A stretch of DNA of 64,000 bases from a virus (taxonomy: Duplodnaviria > Caudoviricetes), in IMG/VR virus record IMGVR_UViG_2687453461_000002; one strand, 5' to 3'. The notes under the pieces were generated by a model that searched no databases, was not told the DNA's origin, and was given only the letters and a program-made list of their open reading frames with translations. Numbering within the stretch: position 1 is the first letter of the stretch; every line of letters begins with the position of its first letter. The translations under genes were made by a program, and so were the position numbers. Shown piece by piece: positions 37,804-46,906 of the stretch.

Positions 37804-38712
37804 TCAGCGCCCTCCAGAGAACGATACTGTCTTTTCGCCAACTATATTGATTGAGTAGTCAGTATGACCAAACGTTTCTCCGAGGCCACGTAAGAATGTT
37901 GTTAGCCCCTCTTGAGCTGGTGTTCTATTGCTGCTCCCCGCGTCATACAAATCAGGGTTCAACCTATAAACCCCATTAAAGCTATAAGTCCCATTGGGCC
38001 CCAGCTCAAGAGTCCCTTCAACCTCACCGCTGATTCTTCCTAGCATCCCAGCTGCTGGCAGATCAATTGGTGCTTTGTCGAAGACGTTATAGGAGAAAGG
38101 TTCTTTAATCCTGTAGGCGCCAGCTCCCTTGGCGGGATTACTAAGTATGTTGACAATAGGCTTGAAGTCCGTAGCTACCATTTGAAGATTGAGCGATTCG
38201 ATTCGGACATTTCGCGTCACCCCTTTACCGAATAGCCAGTATCCAATAGCTTGCATCGGCATTAGGGGGTCACCGTAAAAATCAATCCCATTGCTACGCT
38301 CCAAAACCCCATTATCGACAGAGTTGAAGGTCGAGTAGCCCATCATAGCAATACTGCCATTCCCTGCCCCCGCAAAATAAGGACCGAGAGTACCTGGAAG
38401 ACGCTTATAGAATTGCATTGTGCGTAACGCCGCAGTGCAGTGCATAGCCATTTGGCTTTTAACCGTTTCCAACGGCTGCATACTCAACCCGCGAAAACAC
38501 TCACTCATTACGGAGAGTGAATTATTTGTGAACATGGCCCCGTAAACACGATCCCCGTTTTGGACCATCTGAGCAAATCTAACAAAGGACTCTTGGATCA
38601 TGTTCATATCGGAGGGGACATCATTAGTCGGCCAGCGTTCAATAACGGGAGGGCCGACATATGGAGTTACTGGGTGCACATATTCTGGAGCGAGTACTAC
38701 TGACGTTGACAT
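37804..38712 (-). CDS. colicin M-like (lipid II-degrading) bacteriocin
   Basis: TonB-box-like N-terminus; LGRISGEVEGTL..GTYSFNG..DLYD..NRT..EGLT..DYSI..G..SG.R C-terminal pattern. Confidence 0.85.
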   Translation of the reverse strand: MSTSVVLAPEYVHPVTPYVGPPVIERWPTNDVPSDMNMIQESFVRFAQMVQNGDRVYGAMFTNNSLSVMSECFRGLSMQPLETVKSQMAMHCTAALRTMQFYKRLPGTLGPYFAGAGNGSIAMMGYSTFNSVDNGVLERSNGIDFYGDPLMPMQAIGYWLFGKGVTRNVRIESLNLQMVATDFKPIVNILSNPAKGAGAYRIKEPFSYNVFDKAPIDLPAAGMLGRISGEVEGTLELGPNGTYSFNGVYRLNPDLYDAGSSNRTPAQEGLTTFLRGLGETFGHTDYSINIVGEKTVSFSGGR

Positions 38713-38731
38713 AGCATATCCCTGCTTTGAT

Positions 38732-38772
38732 GTGATTGATTATTATTCTCATAAAAAAATAATCAACGTCAA
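38732..38772 (-). promoter_or_regulatory. putative bacteriocin promoter with Fur-box-like operator
   Basis: TTGACG -35 at 38767-38772; GAGAATAATAATCAATCAC (38732-38750) matches the Fur consensus at 14/19. Confidence 0.55.
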
Positions 38773-38886
38773 GCTCATTTTATGGCGCCAAAAGAAACTC
38801 AAACTATCCGTAATTCCCTTCCAAAACTCTCAGAAACCGAACGGCCCGGCCATTTCAGCGGGTCTACGGCGGCAAATTCAAGGCAT

Positions 38887-38913
38887 AAAAAACCCGGCAC
38901 GGTGGCCGGGTTT
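38887..38913 (-). terminator. tR'-like terminator
   Basis: CCCGGC-loop-GCCGGG followed by TTTTTT on the minus strand. Confidence 0.8.
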
Positions 38914-38953
38914 AGGGTTCGTGTGCGTTTTGCGTTACTTGTGCACTATGGGA

Positions 38954-38982
38954 AAAGTACGCAAAAACCCCCACCATGTCAA
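38954..38982 (-). promoter_or_regulatory. late promoter pR'
   Basis: TTGACA-N17-TACTTT just downstream of the Q-like stop. Confidence 0.8.
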
Positions 38983-38987
38983 TATCT

Positions 38988-39674
38988 TTATGCCGCCCTT
39001 TCGTCTTTCTCCGAGTGAATCACCTGCCATACCGGCTGCTGAGCCTGAATATCCACTTCCTTGATCACTTCTTTCAGTGATTCCCATAAGGCGAGCCAGT
39101 CACGATTCCAATGCTTAGGCTCGATGGTGACACCGAAGAACTCCTTCATTTCAGAGGCAACTCGGGCCGGCCCCCACTCCGCCGCACCATGAGCCTCACC
39201 CTTGTAGGACTGCAGGGCCAGGGTTACCAAGTATTGAGCCTTCACACGCTTGGCTGATGTCAGCTCGGGCAGCGCCGCCTTGGCGGTGACGAGTAGCACT
39301 GCGTTCAGCAGGTGCCGCATGTTCATTGCCGGGTGGTACAGGTAGTGCCCGAACTGCTGCACCTGGAACGGCAGTGTGTCGATGGCGCGCAGTACCTTGC
39401 CGATCGTGGCCAGGTGCGCAGCACGGGCTGTGGACCGGCCAATCGGCGTGCGGCGCGTCTCGCTGATGCTGATCCGCTGCCCCGGAACCGAGAAGCACGC
39501 AGCCTCCTCCCCTTTCTCACTGCCCAGCGCCGGAAACTGCGCCTCGCGCTTTCCAATACGGCCGCCAGTCTTCACCGGTGCCGACTCGGCCCGCTCAATT
39601 GCCACAGCGCTGATCGACGCGTTCGATTCGTGCTGTGCCTCTGTCCATACCTGCCTTGCGTTGATCAGCTTCAT
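38988..39674 (-). CDS. late antiterminator Q-like protein
   Basis: position after ninG and before pR'/tR'; positional call only. Confidence 0.65.
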   Translation of the reverse strand: MKLINARQVWTEAQHESNASISAVAIERAESAPVKTGGRIGKREAQFPALGSEKGEEAACFSVPGQRISISETRRTPIGRSTARAAHLATIGKVLRAIDTLPFQVQQFGHYLYHPAMNMRHLLNAVLLVTAKAALPELTSAKRVKAQYLVTLALQSYKGEAHGAAEWGPARVASEMKEFFGVTIEPKHWNRDWLALWESLKEVIKEVDIQAQQPVWQVIHSEKDERAA

Positions 39675-40285
39675 GCTGCGATCCCCTTCTTCAGTTCTTT
39701 GATCTTTTCGCGGTAGTCGACCTTGATGGCCTTGATCTCTTCGATGGTGTGCTTGCTTGCAGGATGCGGCCCTTCCAACCACTCCAATTTCTCGGCGCCG
39801 ATTCGCTGCAGGAGCGAAAGCCGGTAGTTCACCAAGTTGCCGGACAGATGGGTATTGCAGGGAGCGCACTGTTTCCAGACGTTCAAAGGCTCGAAGCGGA
39901 TTTCCGGGTTCGCGCCTACGGTGCGGTAGTGGCCTGCGTGGTACTGGCCGTCGTGGTGCCGCCCGCAGCTGATGCAGGGCAGATCGGCGTCGCGTAGGCG
40001 TACCCATTCATTGAACACGGCCTGGGCTTCTCGGAGGTGGTCCGCCCTACTCTTCAGCCTGTCCTTGCGGACCTTGATCTCCCGGCGCTCAACATCAGCC
40101 AGGGCTTTCCGGGCGCTTGCCTGCCCCTTCTCTGACTGGCCATGGGCGATGGCGCACTCTATCTCCCCGCACACGGCCTGGGAGGCGCTTACGGGCGTGA
40201 ACATCACCCGACAGGCCGGGCAGCGTTTGCGACGTGTGCCGCCGGACGTGAGCGGGGTTTTGCGCTGCAGTGGCGTGCGCTTCAT
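39671..40285 (-). CDS. ninG: NinG/Rap resolvase
   Basis: CISCG..HAGHYR..RFEPLNVWKQCAPCN. Confidence 0.9.
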   Translation of the reverse strand: MKRTPLQRKTPLTSGGTRRKRCPACRVMFTPVSASQAVCGEIECAIAHGQSEKGQASARKALADVERREIKVRKDRLKSRADHLREAQAVFNEWVRLRDADLPCISCGRHHDGQYHAGHYRTVGANPEIRFEPLNVWKQCAPCNTHLSGNLVNYRLSLLQRIGAEKLEWLEGPHPASKHTIEEIKAIKVDYREKIKELKKGIAA

Positions 40286-40869
40286 GCAAAGCTCCCAATC
40301 TGATCAGCAGCAGCCAGGGCGGCCTCTTCGGTTTCAAAGTGCGCGGACAGCACCAGGCGCCAGCAGGCGTTGAAGACGTCGCGGTAAAGCGGCTCAAACT
40401 GGGTATCGTCCATGTTGGCCCAGCTGATGGACTTTGCCTCTTTGCGGACACCGTCTGGAGTGCGCACCAGGTGGAAGTGGCCGGCCTCGATCGTCACCCA
40501 CTCGCGGAAAGCTTCGCGGGACTTGTCGACTGAGGGAAAGCGTTCGGCGCGGGCCTGCTCAAGCCCGGCGATGTAGGCATCAACCGCATTCGATAGCTGC
40601 CCCGGCCTGCCGTTCTGCGCCTCGAAGAACTTGGCCAAGCCGCGGATGCCACGCATCTCCTGGCGCGGGATCAGGCCGCCGACTGGCTCCCAGTATTCCC
40701 AGGCCAGATCCAGCATCGCGAAGAACTTGCCGTGGAACCGGGCATTCCTCATCTTGGTGAACTTGCCGTGGATGACCTGGCCAGCCTTCCAGCACTGGAT
40801 GGTTTCACGGTCTGCCTCAGTGGCCGGAACCAGGCCCTGGGCGGTGCGAATAAGGGCGAGCTCAGCCAT
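40282..40869 (-). CDS. DUF1367 family protein
   Basis: RNARFHGKFFAML, KSISWANMDD. Confidence 0.8.
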   Translation of the reverse strand: MAELALIRTAQGLVPATEADRETIQCWKAGQVIHGKFTKMRNARFHGKFFAMLDLAWEYWEPVGGLIPRQEMRGIRGLAKFFEAQNGRPGQLSNAVDAYIAGLEQARAERFPSVDKSREAFREWVTIEAGHFHLVRTPDGVRKEAKSISWANMDDTQFEPLYRDVFNACWRLVLSAHFETEEAALAAADQIGSFA

Positions 40870-41647
40870 GGTTGGCCTCCTTGCGTTGAGCGGCAGCGAT
40901 GGCCTTTCGAGCCTTGCGCTTGCGCAGATAAGTGTCGACTCGCGCCGCCTTGACCTTCTTGAGGCGCAGGCGCTCATTCCGTGCCTTGGCCGCATCGACA
41001 ATCTCTCGAACCTCGGCGAGCTTCTTGCGCAGGCTGGGTGATGCTTCAACTGGGGAACCAGTGAGCAGGCCGGCTATGGCCTGGCCGTCAGAGGTGATCG
41101 GCGCAATGCGCAGGTCGGCCAGGTACTGAGTGCCGGCCTGCTGGGTTATCAGTTGCATCCGCACCGCTGACTCGACAGCGGCAACCCTGCGACCAGGATC
41201 AAAGCCCAGGGAGACAGACCAGGACACCGGGGCTGCTTCAGAACGAGCGGTTTTCACCAGACGCTCGTAGGCACTCAAGAAGGCCATGCGAGCTCCCACC
41301 TTGTCGCCCAACCTGAGGATTGGTGCTGCTGCAGTCATGGCCTGCTGTATCTCCGAAGTCATCACCACGGTCTCAATCTCATCAGCGGCGGTCAGCGCGA
41401 TTGACCAGGCCTCGTCCTTGCCGGGGCGACCATCAGCCGACTGGGCATGCTTCAGGATCGATGCAACCGTGAGGCGGCCGCCCTCGATACGGCAGCTGCG
41501 AAGCGCTGCGGTAAGCACAGGCTCGGTGTATTCGCGCAGATCCTCGACCATCAGCAGTGCTGCAGCCTGGGTGAGCTGCTGCCCCATCACCTCAGCAGTG
41601 GCAAACAGAGACAGGAGCAATCGTTCTTGCTGTGCGTCATTCAGCAT
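40862..41647 (-). CDS. replication protein (P-position helicase loader-like)
   Basis: follows the initiator; DGRPGKDEAW motif. Confidence 0.6.
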   Translation of the reverse strand: MLNDAQQERLLLSLFATAEVMGQQLTQAAALLMVEDLREYTEPVLTAALRSCRIEGGRLTVASILKHAQSADGRPGKDEAWSIALTAADEIETVVMTSEIQQAMTAAAPILRLGDKVGARMAFLSAYERLVKTARSEAAPVSWSVSLGFDPGRRVAAVESAVRMQLITQQAGTQYLADLRIAPITSDGQAIAGLLTGSPVEASPSLRKKLAEVREIVDAAKARNERLRLKKVKAARVDTYLRKRKARKAIAAAQRKEANHG

Positions 41648-42539
41648 GGGCTGCAGCCTTCTTGGCTCGGAGCGCTTCAAGGGCCTGTTCGGCAGCGCTG
41701 AAGTTGGTCTGGGTCTGCTCGATCTGCCGAGCCGTGGTCCCGTTCATCTGGCGATTGGTGGCCCATTGGGTGTGATACGCCTCGGCCTTGGCCAGCAGGT
41801 CGCCGATGCTGTGCATGTTCGAAACAACCCGGGCGTCGTTGATGGTCAGGAAATACGCGGCGACGTGGTGTGCGACGTCGATGCCAAGGCGGTCGATGAC
41901 CTGGCCCAGCTGCCCGGCGACCTTGGCGTTCCACACTGGCCATGCACCGTGGCGTTTGCGATAGGCCATGGCGTAGTTGGCCCAGGCCTTGAAGGTCTTG
42001 CAGGACTGGTCCTTGGGGCCCGGCATATCGGCCGGGATTACACAGCGTGGCTGCTGGGCAGCGAATGGAACAACCTGACCCGTCGCGACCTTGGCGGAAG
42101 CCAGGGGCGCAACTGGTTCAATGACCGGTTCATTGACTGGTTCAGAGGAGTGACTGGTTCTGGGTGCAGCTCCTGCACTACCCCCTAGTGCAGGAGATTC
42201 ACTAGGGGGTGAACCTGCTGCATTACCCTGGTGAATCTGCTGCACTACCCCTGGTGCAGGAGGTGCACCACCATCAAGGGTCAGGAAGTAGACGTTCGAC
42301 GAGTTACCCTTCGGCCCACCCTTCCGAATTTCCTTACGAAGCATTCCTGCCTCGCACAAGGCGTTAATATGGTTCATGACAGAGCGCCTGCTGATCTCGC
42401 ACTGGTCGGCGATATGCTGATAGGACGGCCAGCACTCCCCCATATCGCTGGCGTTGTCAGCCAGCTTGATCAGCACCAGCTTGCGCAATGGATTGCCGAC
42501 GCGAATCTTCATCGCGGCGACCATAAGGCCCATGCTCAC
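41637..42539 (-). CDS. replication initiator (O-like HTH)
   Basis: KLVLIKLADNA..CWPSYQHIADQCE..SNVY. Confidence 0.85.
   Translation of the reverse strand: MSMGLMVAAMKIRVGNPLRKLVLIKLADNASDMGECWPSYQHIADQCEISRRSVMNHINALCEAGMLRKEIRKGGPKGNSSNVYFLTLDGGAPPAPGVVQQIHQGNAAGSPPSESPALGGSAGAAPRTSHSSEPVNEPVIEPVAPLASAKVATGQVVPFAAQQPRCVIPADMPGPKDQSCKTFKAWANYAMAYRKRHGAWPVWNAKVAGQLGQVIDRLGIDVAHHVAAYFLTINDARVVSNMHSIGDLLAKAEAYHTQWATNRQMNGTTARQIEQTQTNFSAAEQALEALRAKKAAAHAE
42163..42272. repeat. iteron-like repeats, putative origin
   Basis: clustered CTGCACTACCCCT / GGTGCAGGAG direct and inverted repeats inside the initiator gene. Confidence 0.65.
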
Positions 42540-43330
42540 GCGACACCTCGCAGGGCCTTGTCGTGAGTAAACAGGCCGTCCCAGGTCTTTTTCATAGGCA
42601 GCTCGCCAGCCAGATACAGGTCGTACAGGCGCACCGCGCCCTTCTTGAGCAAGACTGGCGTGAAGGAAATGAAGGCTTCTTTGCCGTGGGGAGTGACTTC
42701 GTGCTGGTGCTCGGTCATGTACTTGTCGCGGGCGTAGGAAGCCACACGAAGGCGCAGGCCGGACTTGCTCTCGTTGTAGAGCCAGTTACGGCTCTCCAGG
42801 TACTTACCCACCTGCATGACGTTGACCCCATTGAGGCCCTTGCAGAACTGGGTGTGGGTCATACCTTCCTTGAACAGGTTCTCCAGGGAGTGGATCCTGG
42901 TAGCCTGGGCTTCGACCTGGATAGTCAACTGAAGCCGGGCCTGCTCAGCCTCAAAGGCCAGCTGGATCAGATCCATGCGAGAAAGCTCACGCGGCTGGGC
43001 AATGACTGCTTCAAGCTCACGCCAGCGGCGAACGACGGCCAGACGCATCTTGGCGCTGTAGCCGGTCAGTAGCGTGTCGGTCATCTCTCGGTTGAGGTTG
43101 AAGCACGGCAGGAAGCGCCCGGTGCTGTCCTTGTACTGGGCTGAAAAATCAGCCGAGTCGATTTCAAGCTCAGCGAGCATCGAGCGGATATCAGCCAGCA
43201 CGTTCTTGTGCAGCTTCCCGGTCAGTTCGGCGATCTCGACAGACGACATAGTCCGCGCCACGTTTTGCGAATTCTGAAAACGTGGCGCGATGTTGGTAGG
43301 GGTATTGCTCGAATTGGGTTGGCTCTGCAT
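42536..43330 (-). CDS. Rha/antirepressor-family protein
   Basis: MSSVEIAELTGKLHKNVLADIR..RWRELE plus KilAC-like C-terminus. Confidence 0.8.
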   Translation of the reverse strand: MQSQPNSSNTPTNIAPRFQNSQNVARTMSSVEIAELTGKLHKNVLADIRSMLAELEIDSADFSAQYKDSTGRFLPCFNLNREMTDTLLTGYSAKMRLAVVRRWRELEAVIAQPRELSRMDLIQLAFEAEQARLQLTIQVEAQATRIHSLENLFKEGMTHTQFCKGLNGVNVMQVGKYLESRNWLYNESKSGLRLRVASYARDKYMTEHQHEVTPHGKEAFISFTPVLLKKGAVRLYDLYLAGELPMKKTWDGLFTHDKALRGVA

Positions 43331-43523
43331 AATCAGGTCTCTCTAGTTTTACGAATAAGCCGACCTCGACCGTCGGCTTTTTTTGTGCCTAGGTTTTCGG
43401 TGGTCTCTACTTACTAGTGCTCCGGCAAAGCCCCCGATTTGAATGTCGTGTTTTGTAAATGCTGTAAATCGCAATGGGGCCCCTCGCCCCCATCCCCCAA
43501 AACCCCGCGCATGCGCGGAAAAA

Positions 43524-44138
43524 TCAGGCAATGGACTTCAACGGCCGGGTCGAAGCGATTAACTGCTCAGCCTTACGCCTCAACTCCCCTGCCCGCGCTT
43601 CAACCTGACGGCACTGCTTCGCAAACGCCGGCAGGAGCGGCAGGTCTTCCTCGCTCATCACCTGGTCGTCAAAAACCTCGCTGCCAGTGTCGATAACGTC
43701 ACCGAGGGCGCGAACCAATGCACCAAAGCTCTTGTTCGCACATTGCTGGCTCTGCATCTGACGAGCACCTATCAAGCCGTGACGGCTGGCGAGCTCGTTG
43801 ATGCAGTGGTCGCGGAATTCAGGCTCCAAGGCGTTCACCCACGACTCTTCAAGCCAGGAAGGCATGTCTTGATCGCCGGACAACCAGCGCTGAACACGCT
43901 TTAGCCAGCGCCCGGTTGCCTTCACGAACTCACTGACATCGTTGTGCTCAGTGAGCGCGGCGAAGTCAGGAACCTCTTTGGCGATCGCTTTCTCCGGACA
44001 CGACAGATGCAGTTCGCGGCTCAGCGCTTGGGCGAAGTGGTCCTGGCTCATGCTGGTTCGGGCAATCTGATTTGCGGCGTGCGCGACCAGCACTTGGTCA
44101 CGGGTTTGGGCGCTATGTCTTGGACTGGACGTTTCCAT
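43524..44138 (-). CDS. CII-position regulator
   Basis: directly downstream of cro. Confidence 0.55.
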   Translation of the reverse strand: METSSPRHSAQTRDQVLVAHAANQIARTSMSQDHFAQALSRELHLSCPEKAIAKEVPDFAALTEHNDVSEFVKATGRWLKRVQRWLSGDQDMPSWLEESWVNALEPEFRDHCINELASRHGLIGARQMQSQQCANKSFGALVRALGDVIDTGSEVFDDQVMSEEDLPLLPAFAKQCRQVEARAGELRRKAEQLIASTRPLKSIA

Positions 44139-44192
44139 GGGGACTACTCTCTTCTAATCTGGAATTACTGAGGAGACGGACGGGGTAGTCGC

Positions 44193-44414
44193 TCAAGCGA
44201 CCATCTCGCCCCAGGGAAACGAAGGGCAAAGCTGCCCCCTCTTAACTTCGCCACCTGTAAGCGCCTCGATTTGAAGCGCCCTTGCTGCCGGAACGGGCCG
44301 ATCTCCCGAACACCACTGGCTTACAGTCGGGGTTCGAACATCAAGACGGCTGGCCAGCGCTGTTTGGCTGCCCAAAATCCCGGCTGCCTTCCGAACCGCT
44401 TCTGCTGGTGTCAT
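44193..44414 (-). CDS. cro: Cro-like repressor
   Basis: GSQTALASRLDVRTPTVSQW HTH, divergent from cI. Confidence 0.85.
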   Translation of the reverse strand: MTPAEAVRKAAGILGSQTALASRLDVRTPTVSQWCSGDRPVPAARALQIEALTGGEVKRGQLCPSFPWGEMVA

Positions 44415-44446
44415 GGGTTTTCTCCGGTTTGTCATGCGCCAAATAT

Positions 44447-44517
44447 AAGGCAATAGCTAATCACTAACAAGCCATTGCCTACTCGGCAACGGACTAGGCT
44501 TAATTAGGCAATGCTTA
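44447..44517. promoter_or_regulatory. oR operators (three 13-bp sites)
   Basis: AAGGCAATAGCTA 44447-44459, AAGCCATTGCCTA 44469-44481, TAGGCAATGCTTA 44505-44517. Confidence 0.75.
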
Positions 44518-45272
44518 CAGGAATAGAATTAGGCGCAGCCATCGAGCGAGCTCGGGTCGCCAAAGGCGTTACAAAGAAAAAGCTCGCCGAAGATTTCGGC
44601 GTGGCGGGCCCCTCTGTCCAAGGCTGGGTAAAGACGGGGCGAATCGACAAATCTAAGCTCATGGAGCTGATTGAGTATTTCTCAGATGTCGTTTCCCCTG
44701 CGCACTGGGGGCTGAGCGAGCGTATGGGGGATATTCTGAGCGTCGCTGAAGCTCCAGCCGCCTATGACTCTTCACCAAAGGCTAGCGTCAAGCTTTCCAA
44801 CATCGAGACCTGGGATGACGCAACTCCGCTCCCTGAAGACGAGGTCTACGTCCCATTCCTGCGCGAAGTAGAGCTTGCAGCTGGCTCTGGCCGGTTTGTG
44901 ATCGAGGAAAGCGACACCGCCAAGCTGCGCTTCTTCAAGAGCGATCTGCGCCGCAACAACGTGCAGTTCAGTAATGCCAAGTGCGTGATCGCCCGCGGCA
45001 ATAGCATGTTCCCAGTGCTGCGCGATGGCGCCACGGTCGGCGTGAACACTGGAAAGAACTCGCTTGGCGATATCGTCGATGGCGACCTCTACGCGATCAA
45101 CCACAATGGCCAGCTACGCGTGAAGCAGGTTTACCGCCTGCCCACCGGCCTGCGTCTGCGCAGCTTCAACCGCGACGAACACCCAGATGAGGACTACACG
45201 TTCCAGGAGATCAAAGAGCAGCAGATCTCAATCCTGGGCCATGTGTTCTGGTGGGGGATGTTCGCTCGGTAA
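44511..45272 (+). CDS. cI: CI repressor (HTH + S24 peptidase)
   Basis: N-terminal HTH, LAAG cleavage site, GNSM, VKQ. Confidence 0.92.
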   Translation: MLTGIELGAAIERARVAKGVTKKKLAEDFGVAGPSVQGWVKTGRIDKSKLMELIEYFSDVVSPAHWGLSERMGDILSVAEAPAAYDSSPKASVKLSNIETWDDATPLPEDEVYVPFLREVELAAGSGRFVIEESDTAKLRFFKSDLRRNNVQFSNAKCVIARGNSMFPVLRDGATVGVNTGKNSLGDIVDGDLYAINHNGQLRVKQVYRLPTGLRLRSFNRDEHPDEDYTFQEIKEQQISILGHVFWWGMFAR

Positions 45273-45295
45273 CAGCGTGATTTTTCAGGGAGGAG

Positions 45296-45679
45296 ATGAT
45301 GGAGTCCGGCGAACGGAAATGCCCGCATTGCGCGGAGCAGATCAAGCAAGATGCCGTGAAGTGCAAACATTGCGGGTCGGATGTTACCAATCCGCCAAAG
45401 TCAAAAGACCAGAAAGCGAGATCGACGCAAAAAATTGCGCTGTTCTGGCTTGTGATTGTAATTGGCGCCTATACGGTTATCTCCAAGAATATCGGATCGA
45501 GCTCGGCCGAGCCCACTGAAGAAGAGTACTCCCGCCAGGCGATTGATCTGTGCTGGAAGAATGTGGACGACAAGCTTGCCGATCTCGATGCCAGAAGAGC
45601 AATGAGAGACGCTTGCATGCGAATGACAAAGGCACACGGCCAGAAATACGGCAGTGCTGCTGGCATGCGAACAGAGTGA
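45296..45679 (+). CDS. zinc-ribbon membrane protein
   Basis: CPHC..CKHC followed by a TM; GGAGG RBS. Confidence 0.75.
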   Translation: MMESGERKCPHCAEQIKQDAVKCKHCGSDVTNPPKSKDQKARSTQKIALFWLVIVIGAYTVISKNIGSSSAEPTEEEYSRQAIDLCWKNVDDKLADLDARRAMRDACMRMTKAHGQKYGSAAGMRTE

Positions 45680-45707
45680 CATCTCCAATGGCCGCCAGGA
45701 GCTGCCT

Positions 45708-45953
45708 ATGCCCCTCACCAAACCGAACCAGCAGCTGCGGCGCGACCTGAAAGAGGCTGCAGCCCTGCTCAAATGGTCAGGCGTCGACATCATGCAGGTG
45801 GCTACCCGTCTTTCTGAAGCTGGCCTTGAGGATGATGCGCAGAACCTGATGAAGATCGCGGTGAGCTTTCAGGAAGCTGAGGACAAGCTGGCAGGTTATG
45901 CGGAAGAAGTGAGGGTGAGGCAGATAAAACGAGACGCGAGCGATCACGGATGA
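45708..45953 (+). CDS. hypothetical protein
   Basis: AGGAG RBS; MPLTKPNQQL. Confidence 0.65.
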   Translation: MPLTKPNQQLRRDLKEAAALLKWSGVDIMQVATRLSEAGLEDDAQNLMKIAVSFQEAEDKLAGYAEEVRVRQIKRDASDHG

Positions 45954-46168
45954 CTCAATGGCGCAATCAGAGCTTCTGGAGCAAGGTTGGGGTCATTGCT
46001 TGCCTGGCTTTTCTTATCATGATCCCCGGCTACTCCGACGCTGCCGGGCTGGGCGGAGGCTCATCCGGTCGCAAGCGCGTGTTCAGCCCAGGATTCGTTG
46101 CGCTTTGCGTTTTCGTGGTCGTGGCTGAGCTGATTGCGCTGAACCATTTTTATGGTGCGCGCGAGTGA
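45950..46168 (+). CDS. small two-TM protein
   Basis: ATGA overlap with the upstream gene. Confidence 0.6.
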   Translation: MTQWRNQSFWSKVGVIACLAFLIMIPGYSDAAGLGGGSSGRKRVFSPGFVALCVFVVVAELIALNHFYGARE

Positions 46169-46281
46169 GGTGAAAGCGGAATAGTTAAAAGCAAGCCCGT
46201 ATACCCACCAATCATTGACTGATCCAGCAGTTCCACCAGGTCCGCCATGAGCGGGCTTTTTCATGCCTAATCGAAAATAAT

Positions 46282-46323
46282 TAGGCATTACCTATTTACA
46301 TAAAATTAGCCTATGCCTAATAT
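46282..46323 (+). promoter_or_regulatory. pL promoter with oL operators
   Basis: TTTACA-N17-TAATAT overlapped by TAGGCATTACCTA (46282-46294) and TAGCCTATGCCTA (46307-46319). Confidence 0.8.
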
Positions 46324-46352
46324 TAATCCCAAGCCAACGCAACACCGGCCCA

Positions 46353-46381
46353 GCAGCGAAAGCCGCACCGCTCTTTAACAA
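46353..46381 (+). promoter_or_regulatory. boxA with preceding GAAA hairpin
   Basis: CGCTCTTTAACAA at 46369-46381. Confidence 0.7.
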
Positions 46382-46906
46382 CCTGCGCAACACAGAAACA
46401 CCAACAGACCGCATTGCCTCTACCGGCGACCGGCGATCAGACGGGTCAGATAGCCCGCCAACGACAGGAACAACCTGTGCGGCTGATCGAGAGCGAAACG
46501 CTCGAACCGTGCGAACGACCTGGCATGCAATGCGCCCCGCGAATCCCAGCGGCAGAAGGGAGATTCAACTGAACAGAATTAGCGCCCCGAGCTTCGGCAT
46601 TGAGGGGCGCCGGACCTCATGCACCCTGCCCCACTCAGCCGGGCATTCAGAGCTGTAGCGTGCATGTTGTAAGGACCTGTGAACCGCGGCGAACAGATGC
46701 TGTTTGACGCTGCGCGGAGGAAGCTCGAAGCCCCCACCGACGAAGATCGGACAGCCCTGCAATCAGCAGCGGGTAACTGGCCAACATCGCTGACGCAACA
46801 ACCCCGGTCTGACGCCAGTAGCGGGACCGGGGCACTTTGGAAAGCATCACTAAGCAGTCTTCTCGCGAGGACTGCTTGGGATGACAACCACTTGGAAATA
46901 AATTGC

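Noticed and set aside
44193-44414. YdaS-type antitoxin
   Set aside because: Divergent from cI across the operators, so Cro is the simpler call
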